A DNA stretch of 64,000 bases from positions 11,690 to 75,689 of the forward strand of contig JBQTGT010000012.1 of the NCBI GenBank assembly GCA_052390615.1. Direction: 5' to 3'. The number at the start of each line of letters is the position of its first letter. Within the stretch, counting starts at the first letter, position 1. Of this stretch, positions 7,886 through 16,966 are shown piece after piece. Position numbers and translations under genes: made by a program. This DNA comes from Actinomycetota bacterium (GTDB lineage Bacteria > Actinomycetota > Acidimicrobiia > IMCC26256 > PALSA-610). The notes beneath the pieces were generated by a model that had not been told where the DNA came from, did no database searches, and worked only from the letters and a program-made list of their open reading frames with translations.

Positions 7886-8152
7886 CTAGGTCTCGTACTC
7901 GCGTACGCCGGGTCCGAGGCGATCGCGGAACCGCGCGAGCACCTCGCCCGGTTCCGCATGCCGACCCTCGGCGTGTTTCGAGAAGATCAACTCACCGTCG
8001 ACACGCACGTCGAACACACCCTTACTCCCCGTCACGACGCGCAGATCTTCGATCACGTGCTGGTACTTCGACAGCGAGTCCTTGGTCGCGCTCACGGCGG
8101 CGCGCTCCGAATAGTTTCAGGGGACGCAGTAGATGATCTCGATGCGGTGCAC
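7886..8152 (-). CDS. SelW/Rdx-family selenoprotein (Sec encoded by TGA, complement of 8117-8119)
   Basis: Extending the 69-aa track ORF upstream gives M-H-R-I-E-I-I-Y-C-V-P-U-N-Y-S-E-R-A-A-V-S... from GTG 8152. The hallmark N-terminal IEIxYCxxU is followed by TGSKGVFDVRVDGELIFSKHAEGR. The next upstream in-frame stop is TAG at 8162-8164. Confidence 0.8.
8087..8104 (-). promoter_or_regulatory. Candidate bacterial SECIS hairpin
   Basis: On the mRNA, CGCGC-CGCCGUGA-GCGCG starts 13 nt after the UGA and has GU in the apical loop. The stem is short (5 bp), so this is only a candidate. Confidence 0.4.
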
Positions 8153-8319
8153 GCATCGATTCTACGAGACGGCCCGGTCGATCCTTTCCAGGCGATTGCC
8201 ATGGCGGGCTGGCCCGCCTTGCCCGAATGCCGTTCACGCACTACGCAATGGGGTCATGCACGCGCCGGCCGTGGCGGGTGTCTGATGTGCCAATCGTGAA
8301 GAACGTGTAGGGGGACCGA

Positions 8320-8364
8320 ATGACGCTCACGTACGAGCTGTACGAGCTGTACGAGCTTCGATGA
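8320..8364 (+). other. Candidate leader mini-ORF MTLTYELYELYELR* encoded by the 9-bp repeat
   Basis: ATG 8320 is preceded by AGGGGGA with about 5 nt spacing. The stop TGA 8362-8364 overlaps ATG 8361 of the nitroreductase gene (ATGA). Confidence 0.35.
8332..8358 (+). repeat. 9-bp tandem repeat TACGAGCTG x3 (last unit TACGAGCTT)
   Basis: Read directly from the sequence. It lies immediately upstream of the nitroreductase start. Confidence 0.9.
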
Positions 8365-9029
8365 GCCCATCGCTCTTCGGTCTCGTGGAGACCGATCGCT
8401 TGCTCACGACGACACGCGCGGTCCGCAAGCGTCTCGACCTCACCCGTCCCGTCGAGCGCGATGTGATCCTCGAATGCGTGCGGTTGGCAACACAAGCACC
8501 GACCGGTGGCAACACACAGGGCTGGCGGTGGGTGATCGTCGATGACCCCGAGAAGCGCGCGGGCTTGGCCGAGTTGTACCGCCGCAGCGCGACGCCCTAT
8601 CTCGCCGCTCACCGAACGAGGCTTGGCGACGCGGCGACCGCACAAATGGGCGCGGTGCTCGACTCGTCCGACTATCTGGCCGAAGTTCTGCACGAGGTGC
8701 CCGTGCACGTCGTGCCGTGCTTGTTGGGAACGCTCCCCGAGACGGTGCACAACGTCGAAGCGTCCGGCTTCTACGGCTCGATCTTGCCCGCGGTGTGGAG
8801 CTTCATGCTTGCCCTGCGCAGCCGCGGCCTCGGCTCGGCGTACACGACATTGCACCTCGTGTTCGAGCAGGAGGCCCGCAGGTTGCTCGGCATACCCGAC
8901 ACCGTCACGCAGGTGGCGCTGATTCCGGTCGCGTACACGATCGGTTCCGACTTCAAGCCCGCGTCGCGGCGCCCGACCGAAGAGATCACCTACTGGAACG
9001 CGTGGAAGGCCACGAACCGACCGAGCTGA
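8361..9029 (+). CDS. Nitroreductase family protein
   Basis: 222-aa ORF. TRAVRKRLDLTRPVERDVILECVRLATQAPTGGNTQGWRWVIV matches the nitroreductase N-terminal FMN-binding signature. Confidence 0.9.
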   Translation: MSPSLFGLVETDRLLTTTRAVRKRLDLTRPVERDVILECVRLATQAPTGGNTQGWRWVIVDDPEKRAGLAELYRRSATPYLAAHRTRLGDAATAQMGAVLDSSDYLAEVLHEVPVHVVPCLLGTLPETVHNVEASGFYGSILPAVWSFMLALRSRGLGSAYTTLHLVFEQEARRLLGIPDTVTQVALIPVAYTIGSDFKPASRRPTEEITYWNAWKATNRPS

Positions 9030-9092
9030 TGGCCCGGCGATGGGCGCAATGTGCCTCAGTTCCGTGCCAACTGTTGGGACAGGGTGGGGGCG

Positions 9093-9722
9093 CTACTCGT
9101 CGGACTCGGTCGCGTCGGCGGCTTCGAGCTCCTCGGCGAGTTCTTCCGGCGTCTCGATCGGATGTTTGCCGCGCCGCATGCTGTTCGCGATCGTCAGCGC
9201 GACGATCGCGACGGTGATGCCCGTGATCCAGAGCCGGTTGGCGCCGATCCAGTCGTTGAAATCCAAGATCGCGTCCGAGAACTTGTCGCTGAGCCCGCGG
9301 ATGAGCGAGATGCGCACAATCGTGCCGGCGACGTTCACGACGATGAACGGGATCCACTTGATGCCGGTCGCACCCGCCATCAGGCAGATCCAGTTGTTCG
9401 GGAGGACCGCGATCATCACGTAGCCGGCCTTGCGGAACATGCGCTCGAACCACAGCACCGGTGCCGCACCCGGCCCGAGCTGGCGCTCCATCCAACGGAT
9501 CGCGACGTCGCCGTACCGCTTGCCGAAGAGGTAAAAGAGCGGGTCGGAGATGAGCAACCGGCCGGCTGCGACGAGCACGTACGGCACCACGGCCGTTTCG
9601 GGCCCGACGAGCACGAGATTGCGCAACTTCGGGCTGCACACGAGCAAGAGCAGCGGCGCGTCCTCGAGGAGTGTCGCGAAGAAGGCGTCGCCGATCCAGC
9701 CGAGGATTGTCAACACCGCCAT
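9093..9722 (-). CDS. DedA / VTT-domain membrane protein
   Basis: 209-aa ORF with several TM segments and an FGKRYG... motif typical of SNARE-associated/DedA proteins. Confidence 0.75.
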   Translation of the reverse strand: MAVLTILGWIGDAFFATLLEDAPLLLLVCSPKLRNLVLVGPETAVVPYVLVAAGRLLISDPLFYLFGKRYGDVAIRWMERQLGPGAAPVLWFERMFRKAGYVMIAVLPNNWICLMAGATGIKWIPFIVVNVAGTIVRISLIRGLSDKFSDAILDFNDWIGANRLWITGITVAIVALTIANSMRRGKHPIETPEELAEELEAADATESDE

Positions 9723-9811
9723 CGGGATCGCGAAGAGCGCAACACCCTTGGCGTCGATAGGTCGGTGCTGCGGAACCTCGTCGGTACTCAGGACGGCCGA
9801 CCGGAGCGGAT

Positions 9812-10093
9812 CTAATCGAGCGGAAGCGCGGCGAGCCGTTCGAGCAGCGCGCGCTTCTCCTCCTCGAAGGTCTCGAAGTCGATCTCGTTGTTGTCGAAGC
9901 GGTTATGCGCAGACTCGAGGCGCTCCATGAGCTCGCCGGCCGAGAGCCGCTCGGTGACGCCGACCACAGACACCTCGATGTCCTCGCCGCGCGCCGCGGC
10001 CCGCTCCTGGCGCTCCTCGCGCTTGGCCGACTGCTTGGCCCGCTTCGCGCGCTCGCGCTGGAGCTTGTCGAACGATGTGCGTCGTGTCGCCAT
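9812..10093 (-). CDS. Small charged hypothetical protein
   Basis: The ORF is open to 10105, but ATG 10093 has GGAGG 5 nt upstream. Product is MATRRTSFDKLQRERAKRAKQ...; GC3 is high. Confidence 0.6.
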   Translation of the reverse strand: MATRRTSFDKLQRERAKRAKQSAKREERQERAAARGEDIEVSVVGVTERLSAGELMERLESAHNRFDNNEIDFETFEEEKRALLERLAALPLD

Positions 10094-10196
10094 CCCGGCC
10101 TCCAAGGGTGTCGGGGCGGTCCGTCGCTCCTCAGGCTAGGGCGCGCGCCGACGGAACAAGGTACCGGGCGGCGCTGCGCCGGTAGCGTCGCCGGAG

Positions 10197-11186
10197 ATGG
10201 GAATTCCCGTGATCGACGTGTCGGCGCTGGTCAGCGGGCAGGCCGCGCTCGCCCGGGTTGCCGCCGAGATCGATGCCGCGTGCCGGGACGTCGGCTTCTT
10301 CGCGGTCGTCGGGCACGGCGTCGACGCGGCCCTGTGTGAGCGCCTCGACCGGACCGCGCGCGAGTTCTTCGCACTCGAGCCGGCCGAGAAGGAACAGATT
10401 GCGATGTCGCACGGGGGCCACGCGTGGCGCGGCTGGTTCCCGCTGGGCGGCGAGCTGACGTCGGGTGTGCCAGACCGCAAGGAGGGCATCTACTTCGGTG
10501 CCGAGGAAGCGGCCGACGGTCGCCCGTTGCGGGGGCCGAACCTGTTCCCGACTCGCCCCGCCCAGCTTCGGGACGCGGTGCTCGAGTTCTGCGCGGCGAT
10601 GACCGACCTCGGGCATGCGATCACGCGCGGGATGGCGCTCGGGCTCGGTCTGGATTCTGACTGGTTCGCACGCGAACTCACGGGCGATCCGACGATCCTG
10701 TTCCGCATCTTCCACTACCCACCGGAGCACGCCGGGGCCGGCTGGGGTGTCGCCGAACACACCGACTACGGCCTGCTCACGATCCTGATGCAGGACCGAG
10801 CGGGCGGGCTCGAGGTACGCGGGCGCGAGGGCTGGACCGACGTGGCACCGATTCCGGACGCCTTCGTCTGCAACCTCGGTGACATGCTCGAACGGATGAC
10901 CGGTGGTCGGTACCGGTCGACACCGCACCGAGTCCGAAATCGGAGCGACCGCGGCCGCCTGTCGTTCCCGTTCTTCTTCGATCCCGCGTGGGATGCGCGC
11001 GTGCGCCCGATCCCGCAGGCGGCGGTCCCGAGCGACACCGCCGCCGACCGCTGGGACGGCGCCAGCGTCCACGAGTTTGGCGGGACCTACGGGGAGTACC
11101 TGCTCGCCAAGGTCGCGAAGGTATTCCCGGGACTTGCCGATGAAGTCATTGCGGCGCCCGAGCGTGCGCCGGGGCGGCGAAACTGA
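10197..11186 (+). CDS. 2OG-Fe(II) oxygenase (isopenicillin-N-synthase-like)
   Basis: 329-aa ORF. N-terminal IPVIDVS...FFAVVGHGV (DIOX_N) and HxD...H region (EHTDYGLLTIL ... STPHRV). Confidence 0.9.
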   Translation: MGIPVIDVSALVSGQAALARVAAEIDAACRDVGFFAVVGHGVDAALCERLDRTAREFFALEPAEKEQIAMSHGGHAWRGWFPLGGELTSGVPDRKEGIYFGAEEAADGRPLRGPNLFPTRPAQLRDAVLEFCAAMTDLGHAITRGMALGLGLDSDWFARELTGDPTILFRIFHYPPEHAGAGWGVAEHTDYGLLTILMQDRAGGLEVRGREGWTDVAPIPDAFVCNLGDMLERMTGGRYRSTPHRVRNRSDRGRLSFPFFFDPAWDARVRPIPQAAVPSDTAADRWDGASVHEFGGTYGEYLLAKVAKVFPGLADEVIAAPERAPGRRN

Positions 11187-11250
11187 ACCTCCCGTCGTGG
11201 GCGCGTTTGGCAGCTCGACGAGGCAGGTATGGAGCAATCGTGTTGGTGAG

Positions 11251-11610
11251 GTGCGGGTGCTCGAGCTGACCGTGGCGCCCGAGCCTGCCCAACTCGCCCG
11301 AGTCCGGCATCAGCTGGCCGCGCGACTCGACGAGCTCGGACGTTCCGAAGTGCACATCTGGCGCGTGATGACCGTAGCGTCGGAACTGCTGACGCTCTCC
11401 ATCTCGCAAGGGAGCGTCGCGCCGGCGGTGGTGCGGCTCGAGGTGGAGTCCGAGGCGACGAGAATCGAGGTCGTCGACGCGCTCGACCACCTCCCGGTCT
11501 TCGATTCTGCGTCGGGACGCGTCGTCACGCGGATCGCGTCGATCTGGGGGGTCGTGCGCGACGCCGGCAGCACGCGCACAATCTGGTGCGATATCGACGT
11601 CGCCGGCTGA
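11251..11610 (+). CDS. HATPase_c_2-like ATP-binding protein (RsbW-type anti-sigma/regulatory kinase-like)
   Basis: Only the last ~120 codons of track ORF 10903-11610 lie outside the upstream gene. The pattern ASELLT...VVRLEVESEATRIEVVDA...GRVVTRIASIWGV...TIWCDI resembles RsbW-like proteins. The GTG start is inferred. Confidence 0.5.
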   Translation: MRVLELTVAPEPAQLARVRHQLAARLDELGRSEVHIWRVMTVASELLTLSISQGSVAPAVVRLEVESEATRIEVVDALDHLPVFDSASGRVVTRIASIWGVVRDAGSTRTIWCDIDVAG

Positions 11611-11637
11611 CCGCTCGGGGGTAGCGTCGGCGCCCGC

Positions 11638-12578
<941 letters not shown>

Positions 12579-12582
<4 letters not shown>

Positions 12583-13349
12583 ACGTCGCCGCGACGACGA
12601 AGGTCGTCGAGCGCGAGCTCCAGCTCTTCAAGCGGCTCTGGCGCGGATACGCGTTCTCGACGTTTCTGTCACCCATTCTCTACCTCGCGGCAATGGGAGT
12701 GGGGCTCGGCGATCTCATCGACGAGAACACGGCCAGCGTCGGCGGCCTGTCGTATCTCGATTTCGTTGCGCCCGGCTTGCTCGTTGCCAGCGCGGTGCAG
12801 CTCGCGGCGCCGGAATCGCTCTGGCCGGTCATGGGTGGGATGAAGTGGATGGGCCAGTTCCACGGGATGGTGGCGACGCCGATCACCCCGGCCGACGTGT
12901 ACACGGGGTTTGTCGCGTGGACCGTATTGCGGACGGTTGCCGGAAGCGCGGTCTTCCTGGTCACGGCCGCGTTTCTCGGCGGCGTCCCGTCGGGCTGGGG
13001 CGTCGTTGCGATACTGGCCGCGGGGCTGACGGCCGCCGCGTTCTCGGCCGTATTCGCCGCGTACGCCGCGACCTGCCGGGACGATCAGTCGTTCCCGCTC
13101 ATCATGCGGGTCGTCATCCTGCCGCTGTTCCTTTTCTCGGGGACGTTCTTCCCGGTCGAGCAACTGCCCGACGCGCTCGAGGCACTGGCGTTCCTCTCGC
13201 CCCTGTGGCACGGGGTCGAGTTTGCCCGCTCGGCCACCACGGGCGACTTCGATGCAGTCGTAGTCATCAACGTACTCGTGCTCGTCGCGTGCATCATTGG
13301 CGGCTACGCCTGGGGCATCAGGAGCTTCGCGAAACGGCTGGCGCCGTGA
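12579..13349 (+). CDS. ABC-2 type transporter permease
   Basis: 256-aa ORF with six hydrophobic segments. The GTGA overlaps the ATPase gene. Confidence 0.9.
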
Positions 13350-14110
13350 GCGCACCCCGCGCCTTCCGGCTCGTCGAGCGCAACCTCTACGCCTACCGGC
13401 GGAACTGGCCGGTGTTCGTATCGGCGTTCGTGGAGCCGTTGTTCTTCTTGCTGTCGATCGGTGTCGGAGTCGGTGAGCTCGCCGGACACATCAGCGTCGC
13501 CGGGCGCTTCGTCGACTACGAGCAGTTCGTCGCGCCCGGGCTGTTCGCCGTCGCCGCAATGAATGGCGCCTTGTTCGACTCCACCTTCAACTTCTTCATC
13601 AAGTACAAGTACTGGCACATCTACGACGGCATACTGGCGACGCCCGTGAATGCGTTCGAAGTCGCGACCGGCGAGATGTTGTGGTCGCTGCTCCGCGGCT
13701 CCGTCTACTCCATCGCCTTCCTCGGGATGATGGTCGCGCTCGGCCTCGTCGCGTCTTGGTGGGCGCTGCTGGCGATCCCTGTCGCGATGTTGATCGGTTT
13801 CGCATTCGCGAGTGCGGGCCTGGCCGCGACCACGTACATGCGCAGCTTCATCGACTTCGACTACGTGAATCTCGTGATGATCCCGTTGTTCTTGTTCTCG
13901 GCGACGTTCTTCCCGCTGAGCCAGTATCCCGACGTGCTCGCGTTCATCGTGCGCTGCACCCCGCTGTACCAGGGCGTCGTGCTGTGCCGCTCGTTGGTGT
14001 TGGGCGAGTTGCATTGGACGCTGTGCGCGAACGCCGCGTACCTCGCGGTGATGGGCGCGGTAGGGCTGCGCCTCGCCGGGCGACGTATTCGACAGCTGCT
14101 CCAGCCCTGA
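13346..14110 (+). CDS. ABC-2 type transporter permease (second subunit)
   Basis: These are the last 254 codons of track ORF 12443-14110. GTG 13346 overlaps TGA 13347-13349. The product starts VSAPRAFRLVERNLYAYRRNWPVF, paralogous to the preceding permease. Confidence 0.85.
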   Translation: MSAPRAFRLVERNLYAYRRNWPVFVSAFVEPLFFLLSIGVGVGELAGHISVAGRFVDYEQFVAPGLFAVAAMNGALFDSTFNFFIKYKYWHIYDGILATPVNAFEVATGEMLWSLLRGSVYSIAFLGMMVALGLVASWWALLAIPVAMLIGFAFASAGLAATTYMRSFIDFDYVNLVMIPLFLFSATFFPLSQYPDVLAFIVRCTPLYQGVVLCRSLVLGELHWTLCANAAYLAVMGAVGLRLAGRRIRQLLQP

Positions 14111-14123
14111 CGTTGTATCGCGT

Positions 14124-14200
14124 CGCCCAGTGCACAAACTGATGGGTATCTCACGCACCGGAGCGGTGCGTGAGATACCCATGTGATGGTGCACTGGGCG
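14124..14200 (+). terminator. Long two-tier hairpin after the ABC operon
   Basis: The outer stem CGCCCAGTGCAC (14124-14135) pairs with GTGCACTGGGCG (14189-14200). The inner stem is a perfect 19 bp, ATGGGTATCTCACGCACCG (14142-14160) with CGGTGCGTGAGATACCCAT (14164-14182), and the loop is GAG. Confidence 0.6.
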
Positions 14201-14289
14201 CAGGCGTCAAGGTCAACCTTGTCCATTCGAGCGCGGAGCGCAAGACTCTCGCGTCGAGGAACTCTCACGACAGGAATCGGGGGACTGCG

Positions 14290-14610
14290 ATGCCCAAGTA
14301 CCTGCTCATCGTCTCCTACACCGCCGACGGCACGAAAGGAATCCTGAAGGACGGCGGCGTCGCCCGGCGCGACGCGGTCGCCAAGATGCTCGCCGAGGTC
14401 GGCGGGCAGCTCGACAGCTTGCACTTCGCATTCGGCGAAGACGACGTGTACGCAATCTGCGATCTGCCCGACAACGCAACGGCGGCCGGCATCGGGCTCA
14501 AGCTCGGCGCGAGCGGCGCGGTCACGGCTCGCACCGTCGTCTTGCTCTCGCCTGAGGAGATCGACCGCGCCACCAAGGTCAACTTCAACTATCAACCGCC
14601 GGGCTCGTAG
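14290..14610 (+). CDS. GYD domain-containing protein
   Basis: ATG 14290 has a GGGGGA-type SD upstream. The product MPKYLLIVSYTADGTKGILKDGG...HFAFGEDDVYAICDLPDN matches the GYD family pattern. Confidence 0.75.
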   Translation: MPKYLLIVSYTADGTKGILKDGGVARRDAVAKMLAEVGGQLDSLHFAFGEDDVYAICDLPDNATAAGIGLKLGASGAVTARTVVLLSPEEIDRATKVNFNYQPPGS

Positions 14611-14613
14611 CCC

Positions 14614-16104
14614 ATGGGACTCGGGACGCGGTGGGGTGTTGCGCGCGCCCGAGACCTCACATTAGGAACGCTGCTCGACCGTCACGCGTCCGCGCGCGGC
14701 GCGCGCGTGCTCGCGGAGCAGCCCGACGGCACGCGACTCACCTACGCCGAGGCGGCGGACCTCGTTGCGCGCGCGTCGACCGCGCTGCGCACGCAGATTT
14801 CGCCCGGTGAACGCGTCGTCGTCCGGACGCCGAACGGCTACTCGTTGTTCCTCGCGTGCCTGGCCGTGAACCGCGCTGGTGGCGTCGCGGTGCCCGTGAA
14901 TCCCCGCATGACGGCGGGCGAGATCGACCACGTCGTGCGCGATGCCGACGCGGTGACCACCATCGACGAGCTCGAGGCGGCGGGCGGAACACCCGCGCCC
15001 GCGGTCGCGGTCGATCCCGACGCGACTGCCGTCATCTTCTACACGTCGGGTACGACCGGACGCCCGAAGGGTGCGCAGCTCAGCCACCGCTCGCTGCTCG
15101 CCCGCGCCGGCGCGGGCGCCCTCGCGCCCGAGGGCCTGTTCGACCGCGGCTGCGTCTCGGGGATGCCGGTCGCGCACATCGCGGGGTTCACCATGCTGAT
15201 CATGCTCGCGTCGCTCGGAATACCCGTCTATCTATTGGCGCACTTTCGGCCCACCGACGCGCTCGATGCAATCGAACAACGCCGGCCGATGATGTTCATC
15301 GGGGTTCCCGCGATGTACCGCATGATGCTCGAAGCCGGCGCCGAGGACCGCGACTTGACGTGCGTACGCATGTGGTCGTCGGGCGCGGACACGCTGCCCG
15401 ACGACATCGTGGAGGCGTACCAGCGTATGGGGTCGGGCGTGTCGCTGCCGTTGATCGGCAACGTCGGGCGGGCGACGTTCGTCGACGGGTACGGGATGGT
15501 CGAGCTCGCGGGCGGGGTCGCGATTCGTGTGTTCACGCCGTTTCCGACACCGGGGAGCGGATTGCTGCGTCCGATGCTCGGCCATAGGATTCGCGTCGTC
15601 GACGACACCGGAAACGACGTACCGCGCGGCACGGTGGGCGAACTGCTCGTGCAAGGCCCGGGTGTCATGCAGGGGTATCACAACCGTGCCGACGCGACGG
15701 CCGAGATCATTTCCGACGACGGGTGGCTGCGGACCGGCGACCTCGCGCGCACCCGCGGGTTGGGATTTTTCGAGCTGGTCGGGCGCAAGAAGGACGTGAT
15801 CAAACACGGCGGGTACTCCGTGTTCGCGGGCGAGGTCGAACGCGTCCTCGAGCAGCACCCGGCCGTCGCCGAAGCGGCCGTTGTCGGGTTGCCCGACGCG
15901 CGCAAGGGCGAGGTTCCGGGCGCGGCCGTGCGCGTGCACAGCGGCACAACCGTCACGCCCGAGCAACTACGGTCGTTCGCGGCGGCGCAGCTCAGCGACT
16001 ACAAGGTTCCGCAGCGGATCCTCGTGGTCGAGGGCCTGCCGCGTACCGGCACCGAGAAGGTGCAAAAGAAGCTGCTGCTCCCGCTGTTCGAACGCGGTGA
16101 ATGA
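14614..16104 (+). CDS. AMP-dependent acyl-CoA synthetase/ligase
   Basis: 496-aa ORF with the AMP-binding motif IFYTSGTTGRPKG and C-terminal GWLRTGDL...GRKKDVIKHGG. Confidence 0.9.
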   Translation: MGLGTRWGVARARDLTLGTLLDRHASARGARVLAEQPDGTRLTYAEAADLVARASTALRTQISPGERVVVRTPNGYSLFLACLAVNRAGGVAVPVNPRMTAGEIDHVVRDADAVTTIDELEAAGGTPAPAVAVDPDATAVIFYTSGTTGRPKGAQLSHRSLLARAGAGALAPEGLFDRGCVSGMPVAHIAGFTMLIMLASLGIPVYLLAHFRPTDALDAIEQRRPMMFIGVPAMYRMMLEAGAEDRDLTCVRMWSSGADTLPDDIVEAYQRMGSGVSLPLIGNVGRATFVDGYGMVELAGGVAIRVFTPFPTPGSGLLRPMLGHRIRVVDDTGNDVPRGTVGELLVQGPGVMQGYHNRADATAEIISDDGWLRTGDLARTRGLGFFELVGRKKDVIKHGGYSVFAGEVERVLEQHPAVAEAAVVGLPDARKGEVPGAAVRVHSGTTVTPEQLRSFAAAQLSDYKVPQRILVVEGLPRTGTEKVQKKLLLPLFERGE

Positions 16105-16135
16105 CGCCGCGTCGCGCGTCGCGTAGCCTGGCCCC

Positions 16136-16957
16136 GTGATCCGGCGCGTGCTGAAGAATCTCGGCGTCTACGAAGCTGAACCACCCGAAGCAGCGACCCA
16201 GCTCGAACGGGAAGGTTGGGTCGTATTGCGGGGTGTGTTCGACGCGCGGACCGTCGCCCGCCTGCGGGAGGAGACCGACGCCGTCTTCGACGAGTATCCG
16301 GCCGAGCGCTCGCGCGGCGACCGCGCCGAGTTCCGCTACGAGCTGTGCAACCGCAGCGCAGCCTGCCAGGCGGCGATCGGCCATCCTGCGATCCTTGCCG
16401 CCGTCGAGCCACTGCTCGGCGAGGACTGTCACATCATCGCGAACACTGCGTGGCGGAACCCGCCCGACTTCAAGGGCGGCCCGTGGCACTGCGACGCCGG
16501 CCCCCACATTCCCCGGCCAGAGGGCGTCGAGTGGGACGACCGCATCCCCTATCCGGTGTTCGCGATCGGCGGGCACATCTACCTGCACGACTGCTCGCTC
16601 GCGGACGGCCCGACCGCAATAGTTCCCCGCAGCCACCGCTCGGGTCGGTTGGCGCCGATCGACAAGATGTTCGAGGAAGACCTCACGTACGACGGGCGAC
16701 CGCCCGTACTCGTAGAAGCCGAGGCCGGTGACGTCGCGCTGTTCGCGTCCTACTGCTGGCACCGAGGGTTGCCCGCGCGCGAGGGGGGCCGCGGCCGCTA
16801 CTTCATCCAGGCGCACTACGCCCGTCGCGACATCGCCCAGCGCATTCGCACGACGGATGCCGTGAACCATCTCTCCAACGAGGCAATCAAGCGCGCCGAC
16901 ACCGATCGTGCCCGCACCCTCGTCGGTCTGCACGATCCGTTTTTCTACGACGGCTGA
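16136..16957 (+). CDS. Phytanoyl-CoA dioxygenase (PhyH) family protein
   Basis: 273-aa ORF. The pattern GWVVLRGVF...GPWHCD...VPRSHR...H is typical of PhyH-type Fe/2OG oxygenases. Confidence 0.85.
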   Translation: MIRRVLKNLGVYEAEPPEAATQLEREGWVVLRGVFDARTVARLREETDAVFDEYPAERSRGDRAEFRYELCNRSAACQAAIGHPAILAAVEPLLGEDCHIIANTAWRNPPDFKGGPWHCDAGPHIPRPEGVEWDDRIPYPVFAIGGHIYLHDCSLADGPTAIVPRSHRSGRLAPIDKMFEEDLTYDGRPPVLVEAEAGDVALFASYCWHRGLPAREGGRGRYFIQAHYARRDIAQRIRTTDAVNHLSNEAIKRADTDRARTLVGLHDPFFYDG

Positions 16958-16966
16958 GCCGCGTCG

